The notes under the pieces: generated by a model
What the model was told of the DNA's origin: nothing
Database searches by the model: none
Seen by the model: the letters and a program-made list of their open reading frames with translations, nothing else
Shown here: positions 8,924-18,568 of the stretch, piece by piece
How positions within the stretch are numbered: the stretch's first letter is position 1
Layout of the letters: the number at the start of each line of letters is the position of its first letter
NCBI GenBank assembly: GCA_022510765.1
Contig: JAFLSU010000001.1
Coordinates: 70,551-134,550, forward strand
Source of the DNA: Christensenellaceae bacterium
GTDB taxonomy: Bacteria > Bacillota > Clostridia > Christensenellales > CAG-138
Length of the DNA stretch: 64,000 nucleotides
Direction: 5' to 3'
Position numbers and translations under genes: made by a program

Positions 8924-9481
8924 TCAGGAGTACCAATTGCTACTGTCCTTCAGTTTAATCTTTGCCTTAGGTGCTTTACGCTTGATAAACTCTATGAATT
9001 CCAAAGGAGTGCCCTTTACAAATCCGCCTTTATGCGCAACGAGAAAAAGATTCTGCGGCAGCCAAATTTTAAAAAGATCCTTAGTTTCAGACAGCTTCCG
9101 AATCTGTTCATATTTGAACTTTTCAATGCCTCCGTTATACTGATTGACGAAGATTATGCAATCCTCCGTATAATAAATCCATTTCTCAGGATCTTTTGCA
9201 TTGTATATTACTAAATCCCTTTTGGCTTCCCGGCGTGCAATAAGCATGGACCGGAACACGAACATATGTAGTGCATACAGTATGCATAAAGATAAAAAGA
9301 GCAGAGCAAGAGTGATGTAGCCATAGTAAAGCATACTTATGGATTCGTATAGGATTACTCCGCATAAAAACCCAATAATTATGTCGTCAATAGGTCTGAG
9401 TTTGCCGTACATTTGTCTCTTGACACGCTTGGTCTCCTTAAATCGGTTTTCAAATACCGAAACGCTTGAGTAATCCTCCAT
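8924..9481 (-). CDS. Hypothetical membrane protein (two TM helices plus a C-terminal YcxB-like region, tentative)
   Basis: 185-aa ORF with two adjacent hydrophobic helices (IIIGFLCGVILYESISMLYYGYITLALLFLSLCILYAL). I recognised no catalytic motif. Confidence 0.5.
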   Translation of the reverse strand: MEDYSSVSVFENRFKETKRVKRQMYGKLRPIDDIIIGFLCGVILYESISMLYYGYITLALLFLSLCILYALHMFVFRSMLIARREAKRDLVIYNAKDPEKWIYYTEDCIIFVNQYNGGIEKFKYEQIRKLSETKDLFKIWLPQNLFLVAHKGGFVKGTPLEFIEFIKRKAPKAKIKLKDSSNWYS

Positions 9482-9616
9482 AACTGCCTCCTTGGAGATT
9501 ATTGTTTATAGTATACATCATAATACCACAGTTTTCAACATTGACACAATCAAAATGAAGAACGGTGTAATAACCGTCCTCCATTCAGCTCATGTTATCG
9601 GCTTATATTCTGCGCA

Positions 9617-10591
9617 TTACGGCTCAAACACCGCACCGTTCACCATGAATCGAACCTCGTCGATGCTGCCAAACTGCTGCGCCGTGAGAAGCACAACGCT
9701 GCTGGCAAGGTCGTAAAGCCCCACGGTCTGGGTGATCTGCTCAAAATCTGATGAAAGATTTACGGTCAGTATGCCGTTTTCGATCGTTGCCGCAAGCACC
9801 AAGGTGTTCTCCGGGAAGCAGCTCCTTAGTCCATTGAGCTTCGTTCCCTCCGCAAGTGCTTTGATGCTCGAATACAGATCCACCGCGTTCTCGGTATACC
9901 TCGTCACCGGAACGCACATGCTCCCTGATTCATTTGGAAAATACAGCAGCATGGGCTTCGCGCTTCCCGATGTAGCAAGCTCGGAATTCTCCGGATTTAT
10001 GGCGAAACGCCCCTGATTTTTAGGCAGATTTGAACCGTTTTGTGTTTCCTCATCATTTCCATCAATATAGATCGTAACATCATCCACGGTCGAAAACTCA
10101 ACAAGCGTATTCACTATCGCCATGAACATCGCCTGCTCATCCTCCGCCGATTGGAGCGTTGGCATGTTGATAAGATTTACGACTGCCGTTCCATTGATGA
10201 TATTGAGTTCTATCTCCGTTCCTTCGGGGATGACGGGTCTTAGTCCCTGCTTTTGCAGCTCAAGGCGCATTTCTGGTGTTGACACCAGGCGGCTGAGGCA
10301 GGCTTTAGCTATCCCTTCCTCCATCGGTATTTCCATCGAGACTGGCAGCATATAGCCTTCATCCGTTCTGTAATACAGCGTCGCACGCCTGAAATCGCTC
10401 GGCGTCGGCGAAGCCTGCCCATCCGGCGTAATGGACGGTTCGGGCGTGGTCATTCCCGCAGGGGTATCTGATGCATTTGCCGTTGCATCGGGCGGTTCCA
10501 CCGGGGTAGTACCCTGACCGCAGGCCGTAAGCCCAAACACCAAAGCCAACACTAATGCGAGTGCAATGATCGCTTTATACGAATTAAACAT
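9617..10591 (-). CDS. GerMN-domain lipoprotein (GerM-like, sporulation/germination associated)
   Basis: The start is at MFNSYK, preceded by GGAGG. It has a lipobox (LVFGLTAC). Two GerMN-like halves are suggested by ..ATLYYRTDEGYMLPV.. and ..MLLYFPNESGSMCVPVTRY... Confidence 0.7.
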   Translation of the reverse strand: MFNSYKAIIALALVLALVFGLTACGQGTTPVEPPDATANASDTPAGMTTPEPSITPDGQASPTPSDFRRATLYYRTDEGYMLPVSMEIPMEEGIAKACLSRLVSTPEMRLELQKQGLRPVIPEGTEIELNIINGTAVVNLINMPTLQSAEDEQAMFMAIVNTLVEFSTVDDVTIYIDGNDEETQNGSNLPKNQGRFAINPENSELATSGSAKPMLLYFPNESGSMCVPVTRYTENAVDLYSSIKALAEGTKLNGLRSCFPENTLVLAATIENGILTVNLSSDFEQITQTVGLYDLASSVVLLTAQQFGSIDEVRFMVNGAVFEP

Positions 10592-10710
10592 AGTTTTCCT
10601 CCATATGCTGCGGCAAATCACGCCGCATTCGTTATCTGTCAAAGTATATTTACGAAGCGTTCATTTAATGCTGTCAATTGTGCAAAACATGTGTTATCAT
10701 ACGAACGGCT

Positions 10711-12102
10711 ATGAAAAAATTTGTATCCACAATCAAATCACTGTTCAGCAAGGACTTTCTGAGGGTGATGCTTCCGCTCGCCTTGCCCATCGCCCTGCAA
10801 AACCTTCTCATGAGTTCCTTGCAGCTCGTGGACACGCTCATGGTGGGTCAACTTGGCGAGGACGCGATCTCCGCCGTCGGTTCAGCAGGACGCATTGCAA
10901 ATTTTACGAACGTCATCCTGTTCGGTTTCGCATCAGGTGGAGCCGTGTTCCTTGCTCAGTACTGGGGCAGCGGCGGGCATGATAAAATGCGTCGCACTTA
11001 CGGTCTAATCTTGCTGTGCGATCTTCCAATTGCCATTGTGTTTGCCGTATGCTGTATGCTATATCCCGAGAGCATAATGCGAATACTTACCAACGATGCG
11101 GCTATGATCTCAAACGGCGCGGAATATCTGCGCATCGCCTGCATTTCATACTTCGGGCTTGCTCTCAGTCAAACGTTCAGCACGGTTCTCAGATGCACCG
11201 AGGAGGTCAAACTGCCCCTCATGGCAAGCTGCTGCTCGGTCGCCGCAAATGCGGTTTTGAACTATGTACTGATCTTCGGCAAGCTGGGGCTTCCCGCGCT
11301 CGGCATCAAGGGCGCAGCGATAGCGACCGCAGCTTCCGCGCTGATAAACCCGCTGGTGCTTTTCGCGGCATCCGCATTAAAAAAGAATATCCTTTTAAGC
11401 TCTATAAGGGAAATGCTCAGCTTCGACCTCCGTTTCGTTAAGCAGTTCTTTGTCCGCGCCCTGCCCGTCGTTGCGAACGAAGCCATCTGGATCATCGGAA
11501 CGACCGGATACGATATGGTCTTCGGCAGAATGGGTTCGGATAATTACTCCGCTCTTACGATCTTCCGCACGCTTGAAGGCATTTCATACACCATCTTTAT
11601 CGGAATCTGCAATGCGTGCAACGTTATGGTCGGAAAGGCTATCGGCGAGGGCGACCATAAAAAGGCGGTCGAGTACGCCCATAGATTTATGATTCTCGTA
11701 CCCATACTCGGGCTTGGAGTCGGGCTTATTGCCATTTCACTCAGCGACCCCATCCTCAGTCTATTCGCTCTAACACCCGGGGTGCACAATACGGCGAAGC
11801 TGCTTATCCTGATATTCGGTATCGAAGTCGGGATACGAAATATTCCATACATTTCCGTCGTCGGAATCTTTCGCGCGGGAGGTGACACCAAGACGGGCAT
11901 GCGCTATGACGGACCCATACTGTACTTTTTTGCCCTTCCGCTTACGGCGGTCTGCGGGCTGGTGTTTAAGCTTGATTTCGTACTCGTTTATATCATAATG
12001 ATTCTCAGCGAAGACCTTATCAAAAACTTCCTCTGCATACGCAGGGTTTTGAGCAAGAAATGGATCATGCCCGTTGAAGGGCTTAGGCAAGCCGGGGAGT
12101 AA
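10711..12102 (+). CDS. MATE family efflux transporter
   Basis: About 463 aa and about 12 TM helices. The typical MATE N-terminus is present (LPLALPIALQNLLMSSLQLVDTLMVGQLGEDAISAVG). Confidence 0.9.
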   Translation: MKKFVSTIKSLFSKDFLRVMLPLALPIALQNLLMSSLQLVDTLMVGQLGEDAISAVGSAGRIANFTNVILFGFASGGAVFLAQYWGSGGHDKMRRTYGLILLCDLPIAIVFAVCCMLYPESIMRILTNDAAMISNGAEYLRIACISYFGLALSQTFSTVLRCTEEVKLPLMASCCSVAANAVLNYVLIFGKLGLPALGIKGAAIATAASALINPLVLFAASALKKNILLSSIREMLSFDLRFVKQFFVRALPVVANEAIWIIGTTGYDMVFGRMGSDNYSALTIFRTLEGISYTIFIGICNACNVMVGKAIGEGDHKKAVEYAHRFMILVPILGLGVGLIAISLSDPILSLFALTPGVHNTAKLLILIFGIEVGIRNIPYISVVGIFRAGGDTKTGMRYDGPILYFFALPLTAVCGLVFKLDFVLVYIIMILSEDLIKNFLCIRRVLSKKWIMPVEGLRQAGE

Positions 12103-12135
12103 AACGGGTTTTCCATGCAAGGTTCAATAATGAAG

Positions 12136-12170
12136 AAAGGAGCCATGCCGAAAGCACAGCTCCTTTTTCG
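12136..12170. terminator. Bidirectional terminator between the MATE and DUF1292 genes
   Basis: The stem AAAGGAGC (12136-12143) pairs with GCTCCTTT (12159-12166) and is followed by TTTCG. Confidence 0.55.
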
Positions 12171-12194
12171 TTGAATCACGGTAAATGAAGCGGA

Positions 12195-12563
12195 TTACTC
12201 CTTGTCGCAGCCGCAATCGCATTCTTCGCCGCATTCGCAGCAATCGTCACAATCGCAATCCTCATCGCAGCAGCAGGCATCATCTTCAAGCCTTGCCTGT
12301 ACGATTTCGATGAGTGCGTCCATATCTTCCTCGGCCGGGGATACGAATTCCTCGGTATCCTCTTCCTCGTTCACTACTATCTGCATGATGTAGATGTTTG
12401 CTTCGCAATCGCATTCTTCCTCATCACCGCACTCGCATTCGTCATTGTTATCGATAAGAACGGCGTACTCCTTGCCCTCATAATCGAAATAGTCGATAAC
12501 GTCAAGCTCGAAATCGTTGCCGTCGTCATCGGTGAATACAACAAAATCTCTTTCTTCTTCCAT
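12195..12563 (-). CDS. DUF1292-family protein with Cys/Asp/Glu-rich insert and tail
   Basis: 122 aa. The N-terminus FVVFTDDDGNDFELDVIDYFDYEGKEYAVL fits the DUF1292 pattern. It contains ECECGDEEECDCE and a C-terminal DDACCCDEDCDCDDCCECGEECDCGCDKE. Confidence 0.8.
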   Translation of the reverse strand: MEEERDFVVFTDDDGNDFELDVIDYFDYEGKEYAVLIDNNDECECGDEEECDCEANIYIMQIVVNEEEDTEEFVSPAEEDMDALIEIVQARLEDDACCCDEDCDCDDCCECGEECDCGCDKE

Positions 12564-12605
12564 TTTGGTAACTCCTTTTGTTTATGTTTTAATATTACCG
12601 ATACG

Positions 12606-12634
12606 ATTGTACTTCATTCCCCGAAAGATTGCAA
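12606..12634 (-). promoter_or_regulatory. Candidate promoter of the DUF1292 gene
   Basis: On the minus strand, TTGCAA (12634-12629) is followed by a 17-nt spacer and TACAAT (12611-12606). The -35 element lies inside direct-repeat copy 1. Confidence 0.45.
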
Positions 12635-12657
12635 CCAAAATTTTCTAAATTCCATGT
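12624..12657. repeat. 34-bp direct repeat, copy 1 (AAAGATTGCAACCAAAATTTTCTAAATTCCATGT)
   Basis: It matches 14306-14339 at 33 of 34 positions in the same orientation. Confidence 0.9.
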
Positions 12658-12856
12658 AGAATGGTGTCACCTGACTTATTGACGGCAGCGGCAATACAGT
12701 GGTAGAATGCGCATAGCGAAACAGCAAGCATGTGCTTTGCATATGTCTACTGAGGAAGGCTGAAGAACTTTCATCTTTCGATAACAAGCATAATATATCA
12801 AGCGTTAAAGGCGCTATTTTCGGGAATTGTTCCCTAATTATTAGGAGGTGTCCTAT

Positions 12857-13363
12857 ATGGAGATTTATGTAGCTCGAATTGAAGGGAGCTATCGTGGGTT
12901 TGACCGAGCGGTTGGTCCACTCAAGCTTAATCCGAAAAGAAACCGTAATGTGAAAAAGAACTTGAACCGGCTGATTACAATGTACTTGGACTTTGTTTCT
13001 GCTGAGGTAAAGTTTTGGGAAGACTGCATCATAGAAGATATACTAAATGCTGCAAAGGTGTTTTACGATGCTCTTAAGCGATGTGAATACGACTGCGAGA
13101 TTATTGCTCACGATACAAACCCCATTGATAAGATATGCGATGTAGAGCTTTCTCTTTTGGGGATAGATGTATCGGCAGACGGAGAATCCGCATTAATAAA
13201 GCTGCCAAATTCGTTTCCGAGTAATATTCTCAACGAATTTGGTCTTTTCAACAGTCTTTCAGACTTTGAAAGATCAAAATGCTTTATACCTCTACTCCAA
13301 CAGCAGATACCCATTGAGCTCTGCTATGTATACAGGCTTAATTATAAAGAAGCAGGTTGTTGA
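12857..13363 (+). CDS. Hypothetical protein (cassette gene A)
   Basis: 168 aa from the ATG, 8 nt after AGGAGG. I recognised no domain. Its N-terminal 40 aa are paralogous to the fragment at 14151. Confidence 0.6.
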   Translation: MEIYVARIEGSYRGFDRAVGPLKLNPKRNRNVKKNLNRLITMYLDFVSAEVKFWEDCIIEDILNAAKVFYDALKRCEYDCEIIAHDTNPIDKICDVELSLLGIDVSADGESALIKLPNSFPSNILNEFGLFNSLSDFERSKCFIPLLQQQIPIELCYVYRLNYKEAGC

Positions 13364-13619
13364 TAAATATGAAAGATGAAGTATAATAATAAAGGGTTGA
13401 ATTAAGCTCGAAGTTAATAACATTATCTTTAAGCTTAAATTGTTGGTTTCGCTGTGGGTATAATTAACCTGATTGGCCGATTTGTTGCGCTTGCGCCTGC
13501 TCTGTTGATTTGTGTAGCGGTGTTTGGAGTGGCAGCATCGCTTTTGGGAGTGGGCAGACTTGCAAGATTGCGGGGAGAAACAGTTGATATATAAATTGGT
13601 GACTATGAAAGGATGAAGT

Positions 13620-14096
13620 ATGAGTACATTAGCTTTCAGTGTGGGGATGATTGCGCCCTGTGTTTACATGAATTTTTGTTTTTACGAAAGATATGGCAGT
13701 TCTAAAAAGCATTGCAATATATTTTGCATGGCAAACTATGTTGCCGCAGGCTTAATAGTATTATTGTCTGCCATATTTAAACTGTCGGTCGAATTCGCAG
13801 CGTTGTCTTGCTTGGTTCTGCTTGTATGCTGTTACATTGGTCGATTGTGCTTTCGTAACAAGGACGAACTACCTGATCATTTGAATGCTGTATCTGCATG
13901 GATAGGTCTCATCACTCGCATCTGCATTGTTGTATTGCTATCGTGTATTGGGTTTTTCAGGCAAAAAATGCTTGACACATTATTTGGACAGGGACGGTAC
14001 AGTATCGTTTATTGTGCCATGTGGATTCTTGCCATAGCACTCCCAACGTTTGCAGATGTTAAAGACATTTTGCGCTCAATGCGAAAACAGCAATAG
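13620..14096 (+). CDS. Hypothetical polytopic membrane protein (cassette gene B)
   Basis: 158 aa with 4-5 hydrophobic helices, Cys-rich (LVLLVCCYIGRLCF). An AAAGGA RBS lies upstream. Confidence 0.6.
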   Translation: MSTLAFSVGMIAPCVYMNFCFYERYGSSKKHCNIFCMANYVAAGLIVLLSAIFKLSVEFAALSCLVLLVCCYIGRLCFRNKDELPDHLNAVSAWIGLITRICIVVLLSCIGFFRQKMLDTLFGQGRYSIVYCAMWILAIALPTFADVKDILRSMRKQQ

Positions 14097-14150
14097 TTTT
14101 TGCTTTGGGGTTTATTCACGCTAAGGCAACGCAGAGTAAAGGAGAGTATA

Positions 14151-14279
14151 ATGCGAATTTCAGTTATGCCGGTTGAAGGACTCTACCATGGCGTTGACAG
14201 GGCGATAGCCCCAAAGCACCTTCAAGTAAAAAAGAATTTTAAGCAGATATTAGAGATATCGGATCAACTGTTAACGTAA
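14151..14279 (+). pseudogene. Truncated paralog of cassette gene A (42 codons)
   Basis: MRISVMPVEGLYHGVDRAIAPKHLQVKKNFKQIL aligns with MEIYVARIEGSYRGFDRAVGPLKLNPKRNRNVKKNLNRL of the 12857 gene. It has its own AAAGGAG RBS and stops 27 nt before repeat copy 2. Confidence 0.5.
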
Positions 14280-14305
14280 GCAATGCATTGGTAAGGGCAA
14301 AGCAT

Positions 14306-14339
14306 AAAGATTGCAACCAAAATTTTCTAAATCCCATGT
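14306..14339. repeat. 34-bp direct repeat, copy 2
   Basis: AAAGATTGCAACCAAAATTTTCTAAATCCCATGT has one mismatch against copy 1. Confidence 0.9.
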
Positions 14340-14424
14340 CTATGTTTTGAGCATTATAAAAAACGCAAACATTTCGCAAGGCAAATCGTATTTTTCAAAA
14401 AATTGTATAATATGCATTGATTGC

Positions 14425-14453
14425 TTGAAAACCGTGCAATTTAGCGATACAAT
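14425..14453 (+). promoter_or_regulatory. Candidate typA promoter
   Basis: TTGAAA (14425-14430) is followed by a 17-nt spacer and TACAAT (14448-14453). A 9-bp-stem hairpin, TCGGAAAGC/GCTTTCCGA, follows in the 5' UTR. Confidence 0.4.
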
Positions 14454-14519
14454 GTTCTCTTGTTAATGTTCGGAAAGCGATAGCTTTCCGAGATTTCCGG
14501 GAATGGGAAGATTTGATTT

Positions 14520-16361
14520 ATGAACGATAAAATAAGAAATATTGCAATCATTGCGCATGTAGACCACGGCAAAACCACCCTTGTCGACCAGTTGCTCAGG
14601 CAGAGCGGTGTTTTCCGCGCTAATGAACAGGTTCAAGAGCGCGTTATGGACTCCAACGACCTTGAACGTGAGCGTGGAATAACCATACTTTCAAAGAATA
14701 CCGCTGTAAATTATAAGGATTATAGGATAAATATTGTTGATACGCCGGGTCATGCGGACTTTGGCGGTGAAGTCGAGCGTATACTTAAAATGGTTGACGG
14801 CGTGCTGCTTTTGGTCGATGCGTTCGAAGGCTGTATGCCGCAGACGCGCTTCGTGCTTCGGAAAGCCTTGGAGCTTGGCAAGGTTCCAGTCGTGGTCATC
14901 AATAAGGTCGATAGACCGGGTGCCCGCCCGTACGAGGTCGTTGATGAAACCTTGGGATTGTTCATCGAGCTTGGCGCAAACGATGAGCAGCTTGAATTCC
15001 CCATCGTCTACGCCTCTGCGAGGGACGGCGTATCTGGGTTTGAACCAGATGAGCTAACGCCTAATATGCAGCCCATCTTCGATACGATAATCAAGCATGT
15101 GCCTGCGCCGGGCGGAAATGAGGATGAACCGCTTCAGCTTTTGATTTCAACCATCGATTATGACGATTATGTCGGGCGCATCGGCGTTGGCAGAATAGAG
15201 CGCGGAGTCGCTTCACGCAATCGCACGGTCATAGTCTGCGCCGAAGGCGGTACTCCGAGGGAAGCGAAGCTGTCCCGCCTGTATCGCTTCGAGGGGTTAA
15301 AGCGCGTTGAAGCCGAGCGTGTCAGCGCAGGCGATATCGTTGCCATCGCAGGCATCTCCGGCATCTCAATCGGAGAGACGGTCTGTGATCCAACGAAGGT
15401 TGAGCCGCTGCCCTTCGTCCAGATAGACGAACCGACCGTAAGCATGGAATTCATCGTCAATACTAGTCCATTTGCAGGGCGTGAAGGCAAATACGTTACC
15501 TCACGCAACCTGCGGGATCGCCTGTTTAAGGAGGTCGAAACGAATGTATCCATGCGCGTCGAAGAGACCGACACGCCCGATGCGTTCAAGGTGAGCGGAC
15601 GAGGAGAATTGCACCTTTCCATACTCATCGAAACCATGCGCCGTCAGGATTATGAGTTTGCCGTATCGCGCCCCAAGGTCATTATGAAACGCGACAAGCA
15701 GGGACATCTGCTTGAGCCCATCGAGGAGCTTACCATCGATGTTCCTCAGGAATACATGGGTACGGTAATGGAGGGGCTTGGCGCACGAAGAGCGGTTCTT
15801 GTAAATATGATAAATGAAAACGAAGGCAGCGTCCGTCTCATTTTCGACGTTCCGGCACGAGGAATAATGGGCTACCGCAGCGAATTGCTTACCGATACAA
15901 GGGGCAACGGCGTTATGAGCCATGTCTTCAAAGGCTATGAGCCGTATACTGGTGAGATCGCGGAGCGCACAAGAGGTTCTCTGGTGGCTTCCGAGTCCGG
16001 TGAAGCGAATTCGTATGGTCTTTTTAATACTCAGGAGCGCGGGAGACTTTTTGTAAGCCCGGGCGATCCGATTTATGAAGGTCAGATCGTTGGTGAATGC
16101 TCAAGGAATGAGGATATCGTTGTAAATGTTTGCAAGAAGAAGCATGTAACCAATATGCGCGCATCCGGCTCGGACGAAGCGCTGCGCCTTACGCCTCCGC
16201 TTGAGTTCAGCCTTGAGCAGTGTCTGGAATTTATTCGTGACGATGAGCTTGTGGAGGTGACTCCAAAGAGTATCCGCATGAGGAAGCGCTTGCTTACGAA
16301 GGATCAGAGGATAAAGGATTTCAATCGACGTCAGGCTCGCGGCGTTGACGGAGAAGAATAA
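14520..16361 (+). CDS. typA: Translational GTPase TypA/BipA
   Basis: 613 aa with the G-motifs [18 protein letters not shown] and NKVD. The length and the C-terminal domain are typical of BipA. Confidence 0.95.
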   Translation: MNDKIRNIAIIAHVDHGKTTLVDQLLRQSGVFRANEQVQERVMDSNDLERERGITILSKNTAVNYKDYRINIVDTPGHADFGGEVERILKMVDGVLLLVDAFEGCMPQTRFVLRKALELGKVPVVVINKVDRPGARPYEVVDETLGLFIELGANDEQLEFPIVYASARDGVSGFEPDELTPNMQPIFDTIIKHVPAPGGNEDEPLQLLISTIDYDDYVGRIGVGRIERGVASRNRTVIVCAEGGTPREAKLSRLYRFEGLKRVEAERVSAGDIVAIAGISGISIGETVCDPTKVEPLPFVQIDEPTVSMEFIVNTSPFAGREGKYVTSRNLRDRLFKEVETNVSMRVEETDTPDAFKVSGRGELHLSILIETMRRQDYEFAVSRPKVIMKRDKQGHLLEPIEELTIDVPQEYMGTVMEGLGARRAVLVNMINENEGSVRLIFDVPARGIMGYRSELLTDTRGNGVMSHVFKGYEPYTGEIAERTRGSLVASESGEANSYGLFNTQERGRLFVSPGDPIYEGQIVGECSRNEDIVVNVCKKKHVTNMRASGSDEALRLTPPLEFSLEQCLEFIRDDELVEVTPKSIRMRKRLLTKDQRIKDFNRRQARGVDGEE

Positions 16362-16394
16362 TACGCCAATCTAAGTCAGGGGGAAGTTTGAAGG

Positions 16395-17117
16395 GTGGAA
16401 GCGTTGATAAGCAGTCTAGCACAGGCGATCGAGTCAAGCATTTGGCTTGCTCCCGTGATCGCGCTCGTTTCGGGAGTGCTGACCTCTCTCATGCCATGTT
16501 CGCTTTCGACGATTCCCCTTATCATTGGCTATGTCGGCGGTGCGGAAGCTGTCGAAGGCAAATCCGCAAGGGCACTGCGTCTTAGCTTGCTCTTTGCGCT
16601 TGGATCCACTGTTTCGTTTTGCGTTCTTGGTCTGCTTGCTTCAGCGATAGGCGATTGGCTTGAACGTGCCGAGTGGGTTTTGCACCTTATCATGGGCATT
16701 CTGCTCGTTCTGATGGCGCTTCAAATGTGGGACGTGATAGAATTGATACCTTCTTCCAATTCAATTCTGACCCGCAATCGCATTAAAGGCGGTTTCGGCG
16801 CACTGGTTTCCGGCGTAATTGCAGGGCTCTTTGCATCCCATTGCGCACTGCCTGTCGTTATCACATTGATGGCGATAGCCGCAAATCACAGCGGCAGCGG
16901 GACGTGGTTTGGCGCACTGCTTCTGCTGTTGTTCGCCATTGGGCATGGGGTTTTATCGGTCATTGCGGGTACGAGTGTCGGCTTTGTTCAGAAGCTTATC
17001 TCGAGTGCCAAGTATGAGCGAGTCAGTAAAATTGTAAGAATAATTTTAGGCGTAATCATAGCTCTTGTTGCCCTGTACCTTTTCATAGAGGTAGTTTTGG
17101 AAGATCTTATCGTGTGA
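16395..17117 (+). CDS. ccdA: Cytochrome c biogenesis protein CcdA-family thiol-disulfide transporter
   Basis: 240 aa and 6 TM helices, with conserved Cys residues in TM1 (LTSLMPCSL) and TM4 (FASHCALPV). Confidence 0.85.
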   Translation: MEALISSLAQAIESSIWLAPVIALVSGVLTSLMPCSLSTIPLIIGYVGGAEAVEGKSARALRLSLLFALGSTVSFCVLGLLASAIGDWLERAEWVLHLIMGILLVLMALQMWDVIELIPSSNSILTRNRIKGGFGALVSGVIAGLFASHCALPVVITLMAIAANHSGSGTWFGALLLLLFAIGHGVLSVIAGTSVGFVQKLISSAKYERVSKIVRIILGVIIALVALYLFIEVVLEDLIV

Positions 17118-17160
17118 TACCCGATATTAGTAATCTGCATAAGAAAAAGAAGGTAAAGTT

Positions 17161-18285
17161 ATGTATTCCCTTGATGAAACCGCCAGAGCATGGGCAGAGA
17201 TCGACCTCAAAGCGCTCAAACACAACCTCGATTACGCCAAGCAGCGTGTCGGACGCAAGGTAATATGCGTCCTGAAGGCTGACGCTTATGGGCATGGTGC
17301 GGTTGAATGCGGCAGGTATTTGCAGCAAAACGGAGCCGATATGTTCGCGGTTGCCGCCCTGTCGGAAGCGGTCGAGCTAAGAGAAAACGGCATTACGATA
17401 CCTATACTGATTTTGGGCTATACACCCGCAGTGTATGCGGATATACTTGGCTCTCTCGATATTCAGCAGACGGTCATCGATGAAGCCCATGCATACGACC
17501 TCAACGAATCAGCTAAAGAATGCGGCCAAACCGTCAAGGTTCATATCAAGCTGGATACCGGCATGTCGCGTTCTGGCATATATGCTCAGGCAAACCATAA
17601 CCTCGCAATCGATGCCGCCGAGCGCATATACTCTATGAGCAATCTGGATGCCGTCGGAATGTATACACATTTCGCCGCCGCCGATAATCCCGCGGAGCGT
17701 GACTATACAACTTTTCAATATCGGAATTATTCCATAGTTTATAACGGACTTGCGGAGCGCGGCATTCGTATTGAAAACTGTCATGTAAGCAACTCAGCCG
17801 CTATCCTAAATAGTCCCATTCATTTTGATTCTATCCGTGAGGGCATTATGCTTTACGGGATGTATCCCGACAGCCTGCCCGTTGAGGACGGCGTACTAAG
17901 ACCTGTAATGACGCTGAAAGCCCGCGTTGCACAGGTCCGGGACTTTCCCGCTGGAACCACCGTTGGTTATGGCCGCACTTATCGATCGGATACGCCTTTT
18001 ACAAGCGCGGTGATCACCGCAGGCTACGCCGACGGCTACCCAAGAAGACTTTCAAACAAATCATATGTAGTTATAAACGGAAGCCAATATCCGCAGATAG
18101 GCAGAATTTGTATGGATGTCCATATGGCGGACGTGACAGGAGGAAATGTCAAGCAAGGCGATGAGGTCGTTCTTTTTGGCAACGGTGGCATGAGCATCGA
18201 GAGCGTTGCACAGATCGTAGGTACAATAAATTACGAACTAACATGCTTAGTCACTGAAAGGGCGCGTAGGGTTTACATTAAATAG
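17161..18285 (+). CDS. alr: Alanine racemase
   Basis: 374 aa. It has the PLP-lysine motif VLKADAYGHG and the C-terminal GRICMD... typical of Alr. Confidence 0.95.
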   Translation: MYSLDETARAWAEIDLKALKHNLDYAKQRVGRKVICVLKADAYGHGAVECGRYLQQNGADMFAVAALSEAVELRENGITIPILILGYTPAVYADILGSLDIQQTVIDEAHAYDLNESAKECGQTVKVHIKLDTGMSRSGIYAQANHNLAIDAAERIYSMSNLDAVGMYTHFAAADNPAERDYTTFQYRNYSIVYNGLAERGIRIENCHVSNSAAILNSPIHFDSIREGIMLYGMYPDSLPVEDGVLRPVMTLKARVAQVRDFPAGTTVGYGRTYRSDTPFTSAVITAGYADGYPRRLSNKSYVVINGSQYPQIGRICMDVHMADVTGGNVKQGDEVVLFGNGGMSIESVAQIVGTINYELTCLVTERARRVYIK

Positions 18286-18359
18286 GTTAACAAAGCGCAT
18301 GACGTATGAAGTTCAAAGTTATTAACCGAAATCATATATCGTTTCATCTGCATTTGGCA

Positions 18360-18388
18360 TTGCAATTTTAAAGATAATGTTGTATAAT
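18360..18388 (+). promoter_or_regulatory. Candidate promoter of tRNA-Ser
   Basis: TTGCAA (18360-18365) is followed by a 17-nt spacer and TATAAT (18383-18388), about 90 nt upstream of the tRNA. Confidence 0.5.
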
Positions 18389-18479
18389 GCCATGCGCAAG
18401 ACGAAGGATACTAACGTGACTATACTGAGCTATGCTCAATGTCATGCGGCATCCTCTGCCAATTGAATATTGTTTATAC

Positions 18480-18568
18480 GGAGAGGTATCGAAGTGGTCA
18501 TAACGGGGCTGACTCGAAATCAGTTTGCGCGAGAGCGCACATGGGTTCGAATCCCATCCTCTCCGCCA
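18480..18568 (+). tRNA. tRNA-Ser (anticodon CGA), CCA-encoded
   Basis: It folds by hand. The acceptor stem is GGAGAGG/CCTCTCC. The T-arm is ATGGG-TTCGAAT-CCCAT. The anticodon stem is GCTGA/TCAGT with loop CT-CGA-AA. A long variable arm (TTGCGCGAGAGCGCAC) is typical of Ser, and the 3' end is GCCA. Confidence 0.9.

Larger units (their letters stand above)
12658..14305 (+). mobile_element. 1.65-kb inserted cassette bounded by the 34-bp direct repeats, with no recombinase
   Basis: It is visibly AT-richer than its flanks. All ORFs are on the plus strand. It carries gene A, a membrane protein gene and a truncated gene A paralog. The repeat contains the -35 of the neighbouring promoter, which is consistent with duplication of an attachment or target site. 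Confidence 0.4.

Noticed and set aside
8801-9214. A 137-aa plus-strand ORF, and a 17-codon micro-ORF at 8823 preceded by AGGAGG.
   Set aside because: The long ORF overlaps the better-supported minus-strand membrane protein gene (8924-9481) and has no motif. The micro-ORF's SD-to-ATG spacing is only 3 nt, which is too short for efficient initiation.
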